From an uncultured Gammaproteobacteria bacterium (GTDB taxonomy: Bacteria > Patescibacteriota > Microgenomatia > Levybacterales > GWA1-39-11): 64,000 bases of DNA. The stretch lies in assembly GCA_964394645.1 (NCBI GenBank), contig CAYMYC010000001.1:117299-181298 (forward strand). The letters are read 5' to 3'. A program made the position numbers and the translations under genes. The notes beneath the pieces are model-generated. The model worked only from the letters and a program-made list of their open reading frames with translations, ran no database searches and was not told the origin of the DNA. Within the stretch, counting starts at the first letter, position 1; the number at the start of each line of letters is the position of its first letter. Below are positions 22,277-32,128 of this stretch, one piece after another.

Positions 22277-22327
22277 TAGGCTCAGATTAATCGCACATTT
22301 TACATTTTTTAGTTAGTTTGGTAATAT

Positions 22328-22354
22328 AACCTCGCTCTCCTGCGAGGTTTTTTT
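22328..22354 (+). terminator. Intrinsic terminator-like hairpin between tuf and rpsJ
   Basis: AACCTCGC-tctcct-GCGAGGTT followed by a T run. Confidence 0.6.
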
Positions 22355-22376
22355 GTTAAAAAAAGGATAAAAAAAT

Positions 22377-22685
22377 ATGCCAAAAGGAAGGATAAGAGTT
22401 AGATTGAAATCATATGATCCTCGAATAATAGATAGCACGTGTCAACAAATCTTAGACACGGCGATTCGTACTGGAGCAAAAGTAGTTGGTCCTGTACCAC
22501 TTCCTACTCAGCGTTCTATGTTTGCGGTAAATAAATCTGCATTTGTTGATAAAAACGCACAAGAACATTTCCAAATAAAAACCCACAAGCGTCTTATTGA
22601 TATTATGTCACCCACTGATAACACAATAGAATCATTAATCCATCTAGATCTTCCAGCGGGTGTAGATGTTGAAATTAAGATGTAA
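22377..22685 (+). CDS. rpsJ: 30S ribosomal protein S10
   Basis: GPVPLPT, THKRLIDI, LPAGVDVEIK. Confidence 0.98.
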   Translation: MPKGRIRVRLKSYDPRIIDSTCQQILDTAIRTGAKVVGPVPLPTQRSMFAVNKSAFVDKNAQEHFQIKTHKRLIDIMSPTDNTIESLIHLDLPAGVDVEIKM

Positions 22686-22864
22686 CGTTCTTCATTTAAT
22701 ATTACTTTCCCAATAAACGAAGTAAGAAAAATAATAAAAATTGAAACATTTCAGGATGCTAATAAATTACGTTTTGATTACGCGAAACACAACCCATTTC
22801 CTCTTCAGATTTCTTAATTGTTAGAATGAGAGTTCTCATTGTAGGGGTTAGCCTCGTTGCGTGC

Positions 22865-23000
22865 TTGCATTTCTCTTGCAACTTCTATATAATAACTTTT
22901 ACTCATGTTTAGGTTTACTACCGAGACTGAATGGAATACTACATAAGAGCTTAGCTGCATTTTTTGCGTATGAAGCGACTTTATGTAGTCGCTTTTTTTT
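22865..23000 (+). promoter_or_regulatory. Sigma70-type promoter and structured attenuator-like leader of rplC
   Basis: TTGCAT(22865)-17 nt-TATAAT(22888); terminator-like AAGCGACT/AGTCGCTT plus T8 (22973-23000); competing CTACATAA/TTATGTAG pairing. Confidence 0.6.
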
Positions 23001-23012
23001 GTGTTTAAGTAT

Positions 23013-23891
23013 ATGTCTTTACAAGCAATTATTGGAAAAAAAATAGATCAGACGCAAGCATTTTTGGAAGACGGAAGACGAATTCCTCTTTCATTAATTT
23101 CTGTGTCTGGAAATGTTATTGCGCAAGTGAAGACACTGGAAAAGGATAAATACACTTCTGTACAGCTTGGATTTGGAGATAAAAAAAAGGCAGATAAGGC
23201 AACTACAGGACATATAAAAAAAGCGGGACTTACAAAAACGCCCCGCTTTTTTCGTGAAGTAAAAGTTGAAGATATCGCAGGGTATGAGGTTGGGGCAGTT
23301 GTGAATGTTGAAGAAATGCTAGAGCTGGGAGACGTTATTGATGTAACTGGTACATCAAAGGGAAAAGGGTACGCGGGGGTAGTTAAAAGACACGGATTTA
23401 AAGGTGGACCAAGAACCCATGGACAGTCTGATCGTGAGCGCGCACCTGGCTCAAGCGGTCAAACAACAACACCTGGACGTGTTTATAAGGGGAAGAGGAT
23501 GTCTGGTCGTATGGGGAATGAGCGTGTGACTATCAAAAATCTGACAGTTGTTGATATTAAAGATGGTGTAATTTACGTTCGTGGTTTAGTTCCTGGCGTA
23601 AAGGGTTCGCTAGTAATGATCTCAAAGGTGAAAGAAGATAAGAGAAGTCGTGCGACAAAGAAGAAATTTGTTCCTCTTTTCACAATTAAAGAAGAAGTTG
23701 TTGAAGACAAGAGTGCAGAGCCTGTTGTTGTAGAGACTGTAGAAGTTGAGGCACTTCCTGAAGAGCCACAGAAAGTAGTTGAAGATCAGACAGTGGAAGT
23801 AGTTGAGCCTAAGGAGGCAGTAAAAGAAGAATCAAAGACAGACGAAAAATTAAAAAAAGACGCTCCTGATGTAAAAGAGGAGGATAAGTAA
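23013..23891 (+). CDS. rplC: 50S ribosomal protein L3 with acidic C-terminal extension
   Basis: SKGKGYAGVVKRH, GKRMSGRMG; ATG 23013 preferred over GTG 23001. Confidence 0.98.
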   Translation: MSLQAIIGKKIDQTQAFLEDGRRIPLSLISVSGNVIAQVKTLEKDKYTSVQLGFGDKKKADKATTGHIKKAGLTKTPRFFREVKVEDIAGYEVGAVVNVEEMLELGDVIDVTGTSKGKGYAGVVKRHGFKGGPRTHGQSDRERAPGSSGQTTTPGRVYKGKRMSGRMGNERVTIKNLTVVDIKDGVIYVRGLVPGVKGSLVMISKVKEDKRSRATKKKFVPLFTIKEEVVEDKSAEPVVVETVEVEALPEEPQKVVEDQTVEVVEPKEAVKEESKTDEKLKKDAPDVKEEDK

Positions 23892-23893
23892 TT

Positions 23894-24685
23894 ATGGCTG
23901 ATAAAAAAATAAAAAAAGAGGTAGTCGTAAAAAAGACAAATCTAACTGTTAAAAAAACAGTTGTAAAGTCGGTAAAGAAGACTGAAAAAAGCACGGAAGA
24001 TACGAAAAAAAACAACGTTAAAGTAAATAAGCCTGCTGAAATAGCGACTACTTCCAAAGACACATTTTCAGTAGATGTTTATGGATTGGACGGCAAGGTG
24101 TCAGGGAAAGTAAATATTCCCACTGAAATCTTTAAAGCAAAAGTTAACCTTACTTTAATGGCGCAGGCTGTAAGAGTATATCTTGCTACACAAAGAAGTG
24201 GAACATCTTCTACAAAAACACGATCAGAAGTTTCAGGAACAACCAAAAAGATGTATCGCCAGAAGGGTACAGGGCGTGCCCGCCATGGGGCAGCAAAAGC
24301 ACCCATTTTTGTGGGTGGAGGAATTGCCTTTGGACCAAAGCCTAAAAGTTTTGCTCTTACTCTTCCGAAGAAAATGAGAAGAAAAGCGCTTTTCTCAGCC
24401 TTAACAAGTAAGTATTCAGAAAATAATCTTAGAATTCTAGATGCTTCACAGGCGACAGGGAAAACAAAAGAAATAGTAAGTACATTTAAAAATCTTGGAT
24501 TAACAAAAAAAATAACAGTTGTAGTTACCCCAGAAGAGAAACAAGTTGCCCGAGCAGCAAGAAATATTAAAGGAGTAACAGTTGAGCACGTTGCGAATTT
24601 AAATACATACAGTGTTTTAAATAGTAATACAGTTGTTTTTGCAAGAGACGCACTTATCGTTTTACAGAGCACGTTCTTGAAGTAA
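23894..24685 (+). CDS. rplD: 50S ribosomal protein L4 with Lys-rich N-terminal extension
   Basis: RQKGTGRARHG, GGGIAFGPKP. Confidence 0.98.
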   Translation: MADKKIKKEVVVKKTNLTVKKTVVKSVKKTEKSTEDTKKNNVKVNKPAEIATTSKDTFSVDVYGLDGKVSGKVNIPTEIFKAKVNLTLMAQAVRVYLATQRSGTSSTKTRSEVSGTTKKMYRQKGTGRARHGAAKAPIFVGGGIAFGPKPKSFALTLPKKMRRKALFSALTSKYSENNLRILDASQATGKTKEIVSTFKNLGLTKKITVVVTPEEKQVARAARNIKGVTVEHVANLNTYSVLNSNTVVFARDALIVLQSTFLK

Positions 24686-24686
24686 T

Positions 24687-25037
24687 ATGAAAACTATAAT
24701 TATTAAACCATTAATTACAGAAACATCTATGAAAGATGCAGCTACAAACAAATTTACATTTTCCGTATTTAAAGATGCAACAAAGACAGAGATAAAGACA
24801 GCAGTTGAAAAAACATTTAATGTACATGTTATAGGGGTTACAACTGTTAATTTGACAAGGAGAAAAACTGTATTTACAAAGTTTGGTCGTAAAAAAACTG
24901 TTGAAAATATAAAAAAAGCACGTGTTGAGCTTGAAAAGGGGCAAACCATTCCAGCGTTTGAAATTGATGGTAAGAGAGAAGAGTCAAAAGTTAAGAAGGA
25001 GAAACAAGAAAAAAACAAAAAAGAAGAAACTAAGTAG
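24687..25037 (+). CDS. rplW: 50S ribosomal protein L23
   Basis: KPLITE, ATKTEIK, KKARV; operon position. Confidence 0.96.
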   Translation: MKTIIIKPLITETSMKDAATNKFTFSVFKDATKTEIKTAVEKTFNVHVIGVTTVNLTRRKTVFTKFGRKKTVENIKKARVELEKGQTIPAFEIDGKREESKVKKEKQEKNKKEETK

Positions 25038-25045
25038 ATAATAGT

Positions 25046-25795
25046 ATGACAAAAGCACTAAAACATATTTTAAAAAAGAATTCAGGAAGAGATTCTTCTG
25101 GTCAGGTTATGGTGAGATATCAAGGGGGTAGACACAAGAGATTTTATAGAGACATAGATTTCAAGAGGAACAAGCATGGGATAGAAGCAGAAGTAGTAGA
25201 GATTGAATATGACCCAAATAGGTCAGCTGACATAGCATTATTACAGTATAAGGATGGTGAGAGGAGATATATCTTGTGTCCTGTAGGTCTTGAAGTGGGA
25301 ATGACTGTTTCAGCAGGAGATGCAGTAGACTTGAAGCCTGGTAATGCCTTGCGTCTCATTCAAATACCAGTAGGTACATTTGTGCATAATATTGAGCTTA
25401 CATTTGGACGTGGAGGTCAAATAGCAAGGTCTGCAGGTGATCAAGCGGTAGTTACTGCACGCGAAGGTGAGTATGTGCATGTGAAGATGCCTTCAGGTGA
25501 GGTAAGGCGCATTTTAGGTAAAAATTATGCTACAATCGGCCAGGTAGGAAATGTCTTATGGAAGGATCGCGTGCTTGGAAAAGCCGGAGCATCTCGCCAT
25601 ATGGGGATTCGTCCTCATGTTCGGGGTGTTGCTATGAACCCTCGTTCTCATCCTCATGGTGGAGGAGAAGGAAGAAGCGGAATAGGTATGAGTAGTCCTA
25701 AAACGTATACAGGAAGAAAAGCTGTAGGAAAAACAAGAAGACCAAAAAAATACTCAAATAAATTTATAATTTTACGAAGAAAGAAAGGTAAATAA
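25046..25795 (+). CDS. rplB: 50S ribosomal protein L2 (short N-terminus)
   Basis: IEYDPNRSA, VRGVAMNP..HPHGGGEG. Confidence 0.98.
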   Translation: MTKALKHILKKNSGRDSSGQVMVRYQGGRHKRFYRDIDFKRNKHGIEAEVVEIEYDPNRSADIALLQYKDGERRYILCPVGLEVGMTVSAGDAVDLKPGNALRLIQIPVGTFVHNIELTFGRGGQIARSAGDQAVVTAREGEYVHVKMPSGEVRRILGKNYATIGQVGNVLWKDRVLGKAGASRHMGIRPHVRGVAMNPRSHPHGGGEGRSGIGMSSPKTYTGRKAVGKTRRPKKYSNKFIILRRKKGK

Positions 25796-25823
25796 GAAAA
25801 GTATATCTTTTCTAAAATAAAAT

Positions 25824-26108
25824 ATGTCAAGATCACTTAAAAAAGGACCATATATTGATGAGCGAATTATGAAGAAGGTGCAAGCCCAAAAGGCGACGGG
25901 ATCAAGTGATCCAATAAAAACTTGGTCTCGTGCGTGTCAAATTCCACCGGAGTTTGTAGGGCATACATTTCTTGTACATCAAGGAAAGCATTTTGTAACA
26001 GTTAAGGTAACGGAAGGCATGGTTGGACATAGATTAGGGGAGTTTGCGCAGACTAGACTATTTAAGGGGCATGGTAGGATTGTAGCTCGTGAGATATCAA
26101 AGACCTAG
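25824..26108 (+). CDS. rpsS: 30S ribosomal protein S19
   Basis: [18 protein letters not shown]. Confidence 0.98.
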   Translation: MSRSLKKGPYIDERIMKKVQAQKATGSSDPIKTWSRACQIPPEFVGHTFLVHQGKHFVTVKVTEGMVGHRLGEFAQTRLFKGHGRIVAREISKT

Positions 26109-26130
26109 TAGTTAGTTTTAATAAATAAAT

Positions 26131-26574
26131 ATGCAATACATAGCAGAAGCAAAAAATGTTAGAATATCACCTCGGAAGATGAGGTTGGTAGTTGATGGGG
26201 TAAGAAAAATGCCAATAGATAAAGCGATAGCGACTCTTTCAATAGCAAGTCAGAGAGCATCAGATCCTATTAAGAAAGCCCTAGAGAGTGCTATTGCAAA
26301 TGCGGTTCATAATGGTCAGGTTAAAAAAGAGGAACTTTACATATTTGAAATGTTTGTGAATGAAGGAACTTCATATAAAAGATTTCACTATGCAGGAAGA
26401 GGAAGGACAAGACCATACAAGAAAAGATCAAGTCATTTAAAAGTAATACTTGGAGTAAAAGACGTAGTAGCAAGTTCTTTAACCAAAATTGAAGAAGTAA
26501 AAAAGGAAGAAAAACCAATGAAGGAAATAAAGAAGAGAGAAGTTAAGAAAGGAGAGAAACAAGTTAGCAAATAG
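26131..26574 (+). CDS. rplV: 50S ribosomal protein L22
   Basis: VRISPRKMRLV, SAIANA. Confidence 0.97.
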   Translation: MQYIAEAKNVRISPRKMRLVVDGVRKMPIDKAIATLSIASQRASDPIKKALESAIANAVHNGQVKKEELYIFEMFVNEGTSYKRFHYAGRGRTRPYKKRSSHLKVILGVKDVVASSLTKIEEVKKEEKPMKEIKKREVKKGEKQVSK

Positions 26575-26594
26575 CTTGTTTACTATTAAACCGA

Positions 26595-27239
26595 ATGGGA
26601 CAAAAAGTTAATCCAATTGCGTTAAGACTAGGAGGTCATCAGAGCTTTTTAAGCGTTGGATACTATTCTAAAAAAATGTATCCGAAGATTACTCTTCAGG
26701 ATATAAAAATTCGGGAAATGCTTTATAAAAAACTGAAGCAAGCAGGGGTTGGGAGAATTGTTATAGAAAGATCAGTCAGTACAATTAAAATTACAATATT
26801 TGTAGTTCGTCCGGGAATAGTAATAGGGCGAGGAGGAAGCGGACTTGAAGATATTAAAAGAATGGTTTTGGGAATGCTATTTGAGCCTAAGAAAGATAAA
26901 AAGAATCAACCAAGAGTGGAATTAAAGGTGGAGCCGGTTAAGGATCCTAATTTATCTGCATTTTTGGTAGCATCAAATATCTCAGATCAGCTTATAAGAA
27001 GGATGCCTTTTAGAAGAATTATGAAGCAATCAATTGAAAAGGTGATGGGGAGTGGAGCCAAGGGAGTAAGAATAGTTTTGGCAGGAAGAATCAATGGAGC
27101 AGAAATCGGACGTCGTGAGAGATTGCAGGTTGGGAAAGTATCGCTTTCAACAATTCGAGAAGATATTGATTATGCAAGCGTTCCAGCCCTTACAAAATCG
27201 GGATACATAGGGGTGAAAGTGTGGATAGACAGAGGATAG
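26595..27239 (+). CDS. rpsC: 30S ribosomal protein S3
   Basis: MGQKVNP, RPGIVIGRGG, GRINGAEI. Confidence 0.98.
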   Translation: MGQKVNPIALRLGGHQSFLSVGYYSKKMYPKITLQDIKIREMLYKKLKQAGVGRIVIERSVSTIKITIFVVRPGIVIGRGGSGLEDIKRMVLGMLFEPKKDKKNQPRVELKVEPVKDPNLSAFLVASNISDQLIRRMPFRRIMKQSIEKVMGSGAKGVRIVLAGRINGAEIGRRERLQVGKVSLSTIREDIDYASVPALTKSGYIGVKVWIDRG

Positions 27240-27276
27240 GCAAAGCTTACGATAATTTGTAATTTAATTAAATAAT

Positions 27277-27687
27277 ATGTTAACACCAAGAAGAACAAAA
27301 TATAGAAAACAATTTAGACCAAAAACGGTTGAAAAACCATCTAGAGGTGGAAATTATGTAGCATTTGGAGAATTTGGATTAAAGGCTATGAATTCAGGCA
27401 ATGTTTCAAGTAGACAGATAGAGGCAGGAAGAAAAGCTATGACTCATTTTACAAAAAGAGGTGGGCGTATCTGGATTCGAATTTTTCCTGATCGTCCAAC
27501 TACTCGCAAGCCGCCTGAGACAAGAATGGGTGGAGGTAAAGGTGATTTGCATGAGTATGTAGCACCTGTTCAGACAGGAAGAATAATTTTTGAAATGGGT
27601 GGAATACCTGAAGTAATAGCAAGAGAAGCGATGAGATTGGCAGCAAACAAGTTGCCTATAAAATGCAGAGTAGTTGAAAGAAAATAG
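27277..27687 (+). CDS. rplP: 50S ribosomal protein L16
   Basis: WIRIFPD, RMGGGKG. Confidence 0.98.
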   Translation: MLTPRRTKYRKQFRPKTVEKPSRGGNYVAFGEFGLKAMNSGNVSSRQIEAGRKAMTHFTKRGGRIWIRIFPDRPTTRKPPETRMGGGKGDLHEYVAPVQTGRIIFEMGGIPEVIAREAMRLAANKLPIKCRVVERK

Positions 27688-27768
27688 AAGATTATATGTT
27701 CAACTCATAGGTATATGAGCTTCAACATATTTTTAAAATAAATTAGACTTTAAAAGTATATTAAAAAA

Positions 27769-27984
27769 ATGAAAAAGAAAGATTTAGAAAATTTACGTAT
27801 GAAAACAAAAGAGGAGCTTAGCACTCTTGCAGCTTCACTTTGGGTTGAGATAATGAAGGTACAAATAGACAAGAGAACTAGTGGAAAAGTAAAAAATATG
27901 AATGAGGCAAAAAATAAAATGAAAGATAGAGCGAGAATCTTAACAATTATTGGAGAAAAGATGAAGGAGGTAAAGCATGTCTAA
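27769..27984 (+). CDS. rpmC: 50S ribosomal protein L29
   Basis: Size, ARILTI motif, position between rplP and rpsQ. Confidence 0.88.
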   Translation: MKKKDLENLRMKTKEELSTLAASLWVEIMKVQIDKRTSGKVKNMNEAKNKMKDRARILTIIGEKMKEVKHV

Positions 27985-28228
27985 AAAAACATTTATTGGG
28001 GAAGTCGTTTCAGACAAAATGAAAAACACTGTAATCGTTGCGATTGAAAGAAATATTGCACATCCTCGCTATGGGAAATTGATTAAAAGAACACAAAAAC
28101 TTATGGCTGACAAGAGTGGAATGGATGTTATTGTTGGTGACATTGTTAAGATTGAAGAGATCAGACCAATGAGTAAAAATAAAAATTTTAAAGTAGTGAA
28201 AAAGGAAAATGGTAGCAAATCTACCTAA
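27977..28228 (+). CDS. rpsQ: 30S ribosomal protein S17
   Basis: GEVVSDKM, HPRYGK, RPMSK. Confidence 0.97.
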   Translation: MSKKTFIGEVVSDKMKNTVIVAIERNIAHPRYGKLIKRTQKLMADKSGMDVIVGDIVKIEEIRPMSKNKNFKVVKKENGSKST

Positions 28229-28245
28229 TAATAAATTAATTAAAT

Positions 28246-28620
28246 ATGGTACAACACAGGACAAAATTAATAGTAGCAGACAACTCAGGAGTTAAAGAGT
28301 TGATGGTAATTCATATTTATGGTGGATCAACGAGAAGAAAAGGACATATTGGTAGTATTCTTGGATGCGTTGTGAAAAGATCACTTCCGAATACCCAATT
28401 TAAAAAAGGGGATAAGGTGAAAGCAGTATTAGTGCGTTCAAGAAAAGAATATAAAAGAATTGATGGGACCTATATTAGATTTTCAGAGAATGCTGGGGTT
28501 GTTATAGAGAATGCAGAAACAAAAAACCCTGTAGGCACAAGAATTTTTGGTCCTATAGCACGAGAAATTAAGGAAGAAGGTTTTGCAAAAATTGCGTCTT
28601 TAGCAAATCACGTTGTTTAA
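28246..28620 (+). CDS. rplN: 50S ribosomal protein L14
   Basis: [17 protein letters not shown]. Confidence 0.98.
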   Translation: MVQHRTKLIVADNSGVKELMVIHIYGGSTRRKGHIGSILGCVVKRSLPNTQFKKGDKVKAVLVRSRKEYKRIDGTYIRFSENAGVVIENAETKNPVGTRIFGPIAREIKEEGFAKIASLANHVV

Positions 28621-28638
28621 GGAAGGAATTATAATAAA

Positions 28639-28938
28639 ATGAAAATAAAAAAAGGAGATACAGTTCGAATTACTCGAGGAAAAGATAAGGGGAAAGAGGG
28701 AGTCGTTGAAAAAGTGAAGGCAGGAACAATTGTTGTTCCAGGAGTAAACGAATTCAAGAGACATATAAAGAAAAGCGCAACTGGACAGAAGTCTGAAATT
28801 GTTACTATTACTAAACCAATGCAGGCTTCAGTGGTTGCACTGATTTGTCCAAAGTGTAAAAAGCAAACACGTATTGGTTATGTGATAAAAGAAAACGGAA
28901 AAATGAGAATTTGTAGAAAATGCAAAAAAGAGATTTAG
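28639..28938 (+). CDS. rplX: 50S ribosomal protein L24
   Basis: MKIKKGDTV..GKDKGK KOW motif. Confidence 0.97.
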   Translation: MKIKKGDTVRITRGKDKGKEGVVEKVKAGTIVVPGVNEFKRHIKKSATGQKSEIVTITKPMQASVVALICPKCKKQTRIGYVIKENGKMRICRKCKKEI

Positions 28939-28953
28939 AAAAACATTAAAGCT

Positions 28954-29067
28954 ATGAAAGTACAAGCGTCAATTAAAAAAAGATGTAAAAAATGTAAGGT
29001 TATAAAAAGACGAGGAGTCCTGTTTATAATTTGTGAGATTCCAAAGCATAAACAGAGACAGGGGTAA
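28954..29067 (+). CDS. rpmJ: 50S ribosomal protein L36 (not in the ORF track)
   Basis: Manual translation [37 protein letters not shown], a typical Zn-binding L36. Confidence 0.97.
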   Translation: MKVQASIKKRCKKCKVIKRRGVLFIICEIPKHKQRQG

Positions 29068-29093
29068 ATTAAGATAATACGAAAAATAATACT

Positions 29094-29636
29094 ATGCAAA
29101 CATATAAAGAAACATTTGAGAAAGAAATCGTAAAAAAGCTTCAGCAAGATTTGGGGCTTAAGAATGTAATGTCTGTGCCAAGGCTAAAAAAAATAGTAGT
29201 AAATACCAGCACTAAGGACTTTCTTTCTGATAAGAAAAACTTGGAACGTGCAGCAGAAGATTTAGGAATAATTACTGGACAAAAAGCAAGGGTAGCTCGA
29301 GCTAAGGTGTCGATTGCAACATTTAAATTAAGAGAAGGGGATAAACTTGGTTTAGTCGTAACGCTAAGAGGTAAGCGGATGTATGATTTTTATGAAAAAC
29401 TTGTTAAAATTGTCTTCCCTCGGGTTCGTGACTTTTCGGGAGTATCTGAAAAGTGGTTGGATGGGCAGGGGAATTTAAGTATTGGTTTTTCAGAAAATAC
29501 AGTATTTCCGGAAATAGATCCAGGAAAGGTAGAGAAAATACGATCCTTACAGGTAACAATTGTTACAAATGCAGAGGATAATAAGCAAGCAAAAGCATTA
29601 TTTGAAGCAATGGGTATGAAATTTAAGAAAAATTAA
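29094..29636 (+). CDS. rplE: 50S ribosomal protein L5
   Basis: ITGQK, FKLREG, VTLRG, RVRDFSG. Confidence 0.98.
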   Translation: MQTYKETFEKEIVKKLQQDLGLKNVMSVPRLKKIVVNTSTKDFLSDKKNLERAAEDLGIITGQKARVARAKVSIATFKLREGDKLGLVVTLRGKRMYDFYEKLVKIVFPRVRDFSGVSEKWLDGQGNLSIGFSENTVFPEIDPGKVEKIRSLQVTIVTNAEDNKQAKALFEAMGMKFKKN

Positions 29637-29641
29637 AACAT

Positions 29642-29827
29642 ATGGCAAAAAAATCAAGCATAGTTAAGTTTCAACATAAACAGAAATTTAAAACAAGAGA
29701 AGTAAATAGATGTGCTCTATGTGGACGTTCTCGTGCATATTTGCGCCGTTTTGGTTTGTGTAGAATTTGCTTTAGAGAAAAAGCACTGAAAGGAGAATTA
29801 CCAGGAGTAACAAAGGCGAGTTGGTAA
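29642..29827 (+). CDS. rpsN: 30S ribosomal protein S14 (Zn-binding type)
   Basis: RCALCGR...LCRICFRE...GVTKASW. Confidence 0.98.
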   Translation: MAKKSSIVKFQHKQKFKTREVNRCALCGRSRAYLRRFGLCRICFREKALKGELPGVTKASW

Positions 29828-29840
29828 GTAAAAAAAATAT

Positions 29841-30227
29841 ATGTATACAGTAGGCGACTTTTTAATTCAAATAAAAAATGGGTACATGGCTCGTAAGAAA
29901 GAGTTAGTAGTTCCTTACGCAAAGATAGTGTTATCAATGGGGCAAATTCTAGCAAAAGAGGGATATATAAAGACAGCAGAGGTTGTGGACAGTAACGGGA
30001 GAAAGATGATTACCATAAAATTGCTCTATAAAAACAAAAGACCAGCGTTAAAAGATGTCAAGTTAGTTTCAAAACCATCTCTTCACCGTTATGTAACAAA
30101 ATCAAGAATTAGAAGATTTGCGGGAAATTTTGGGATTTCAGTTGTTTCAACAAGTAGAGGAGTCATGACAGGAAAGGAGGCCCTGCAGCAAGGAGTTGGT
30201 GGAGAGTTATTGTGCGAGATCTCCTAG
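29841..30227 (+). CDS. rpsH: 30S ribosomal protein S8
   Basis: SKPS, STSRGVMT, GVGGELLC. Confidence 0.97.
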   Translation: MYTVGDFLIQIKNGYMARKKELVVPYAKIVLSMGQILAKEGYIKTAEVVDSNGRKMITIKLLYKNKRPALKDVKLVSKPSLHRYVTKSRIRRFAGNFGISVVSTSRGVMTGKEALQQGVGGELLCEIS

Positions 30228-30243
30228 CTACATTTAAATATTT

Positions 30244-30795
30244 ATGTCAAATAATATTGGGAAAAAACTAATAAAAATAGAAGATGGAGTACAGATTCAG
30301 GTCAATGATAGCGAAGTAGTGGTAACTGGAGCGAAGGGCTCTTTAACAGCAAGGATTCCTGAAGGTGTAGAAATAGAGATAACAGACGGAAGCGCAAAAA
30401 TTAAAAGAGCTGTGAAGGACCCCAATTCAGGGAAGTATGCAGGTCTAATTCGTGCAATTCTATTCAATATGGTAGAGGGTGTTTCAAAGGGATTTAAAAA
30501 AGATTTGGAACTCTCAGGGGTAGGATATAGAGCAAAAGTGGAAGGTAGAGATTTAGTTCTTAATGTAGGGTTTGCAAATGCCGTAAGGATATCTCCTCCG
30601 GAAGGGATTACTATTGCGGTTTCTGAAAACACCATTTCAGTAAGTGGTATTGATAAAGCACTGATTGGTGATATTGCATCAAAAATTCGTGAGGTAAGAA
30701 TCCCTGATCCTTATAAAGCAAAAGGAATTAAGTATGCAGGTGAGAAAATAAGAAGAAAAGTAGGAAAGGCCGCAAAGGCAGTCGGAGGAAAATAG
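30244..30795 (+). CDS. rplF: 50S ribosomal protein L6
   Basis: GVGYRA, PDPYKAKGIKY. Confidence 0.98.
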   Translation: MSNNIGKKLIKIEDGVQIQVNDSEVVVTGAKGSLTARIPEGVEIEITDGSAKIKRAVKDPNSGKYAGLIRAILFNMVEGVSKGFKKDLELSGVGYRAKVEGRDLVLNVGFANAVRISPPEGITIAVSENTISVSGIDKALIGDIASKIREVRIPDPYKAKGIKYAGEKIRRKVGKAAKAVGGK

Positions 30796-30846
30796 CTGCT
30801 TAAAATATGCAGCCCTAATAAAATAGGAGTATAAAATATTAAAATT

Positions 30847-31212
30847 ATGAAAAGTACAAAAGAAGAAAAAATTAAAAAAGCAAGAATTGAAAGAAGGAAA
30901 TTGAGGACAAGAAAAAAGATATTATCTATGTCTACCTCGCCAAGACTTTCTGTTTTTCGCTCAAACATGAAAATGTATGCGCAAATTATTGATGATAAGA
31001 AAGGTGTGACCATGGTATCTGTCCATGAAAAAGAATTACAAGACGCAGTTGGTACAAAGATGGATAGATCTGGGAAATTAGGAGAGTTAATTGCAAAAAA
31101 AGCACTCGATAAAAAAATTGAAGGAGTAGTCTTTGATAAAGGATCATATAGATATCATGGGCGTGTGAAAGCATTTGCGGAAGGTGCACGAAAGGGAGGA
31201 TTAAAATTTTAA
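30847..31212 (+). CDS. rplR: 50S ribosomal protein L18
   Basis: PRLSVFRS, YHGRVKAFAEGAR. Confidence 0.98.
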   Translation: MKSTKEEKIKKARIERRKLRTRKKILSMSTSPRLSVFRSNMKMYAQIIDDKKGVTMVSVHEKELQDAVGTKMDRSGKLGELIAKKALDKKIEGVVFDKGSYRYHGRVKAFAEGARKGGLKF

Positions 31213-31215
31213 TAT

Positions 31216-31686
31216 ATGGATAACAATAATTCTATGGAAAAATTTGAAGAAAAGGTAATTCAAGTTTCCCGAGTCTCAAAAAAGACAAAAGGGGGGAATA
31301 AGGTTAGATTTGCTGCATTGGTGGTAGTGGGTGATAGGCGAGGAAAAGTTGGAATTGGACTTGGGAAGTCTGGTGATGTGGCACAGGCAATAGCAAAGGC
31401 CGTGTCATATGCTAAGAGAAGGATGATTTTTGTACCAATACATAATGAAACAATCACGCAGCAGATCAGAGTAAAAAAAGGTGCCGCACAAGTGCTCTTA
31501 AAGCCTGCACCCAAGGGTACCGGAATTATTGCAGGTGGTGCGATTAGAAGTGTTGTTGAAGTAGCTGGAATTAGAAATATATCATCCAAGATTTTAGGAT
31601 CTTCTAATAAGGCAGGAAATGCTCAGGCAACATTTATGGCATTAACGCAACTTGCACAAGACTATGAAGCAAGGGAGAATATTTAA
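31216..31686 (+). CDS. rpsE: 30S ribosomal protein S5
   Basis: RVSKKTKGG, PAPKGTGIIAGG. Confidence 0.98.
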   Translation: MDNNNSMEKFEEKVIQVSRVSKKTKGGNKVRFAALVVVGDRRGKVGIGLGKSGDVAQAIAKAVSYAKRRMIFVPIHNETITQQIRVKKGAAQVLLKPAPKGTGIIAGGAIRSVVEVAGIRNISSKILGSSNKAGNAQATFMALTQLAQDYEARENI

Positions 31687-31687
31687 T

Positions 31688-32128
31688 ATGCAGCTACACA
31701 ATTTACCAAAAATAACAACAAAAGGATTAAGGCGCGTAGGGCGTGGGCATGGATCAGGACGCGTTAAAACTTCAGGAAGAGGAACGAAGGGTCAAAAAGC
31801 AAGAAGAGATATTAAGCTTCATTTTGAGGGTGGTGCTCTTCCTTTAATAAAGCGTTTACCGTTCTTGAAGGGTAAGGGCAGAAATAAAACAATTAATCAT
31901 GCTCCTATCGTTTTAAATGTTAAAGATTTTAAAGGACTTCCTGAAAAAACAGTGATTGATTTAGATTTTCTTAAAAAGTATAAACTAGTAGATATTGATA
32001 AAGCGAAGACGTATGGCGTAAAAATATTAGGAGACGGAGAGGTAACAGTTTCTCTAATAGTTAATTTTCCAGTTTCAAAAATAGCTAAGACAAAGATAGA
32101 AAAAGCGGGCGGGACAGTTTCCGTATGA
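31688..32128 (+). CDS. rplO: 50S ribosomal protein L15
   Basis: [26 protein letters not shown]; ATG 31688 preferred. Confidence 0.97.
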   Translation: MQLHNLPKITTKGLRRVGRGHGSGRVKTSGRGTKGQKARRDIKLHFEGGALPLIKRLPFLKGKGRNKTINHAPIVLNVKDFKGLPEKTVIDLDFLKKYKLVDIDKAKTYGVKILGDGEVTVSLIVNFPVSKIAKTKIEKAGGTVSV

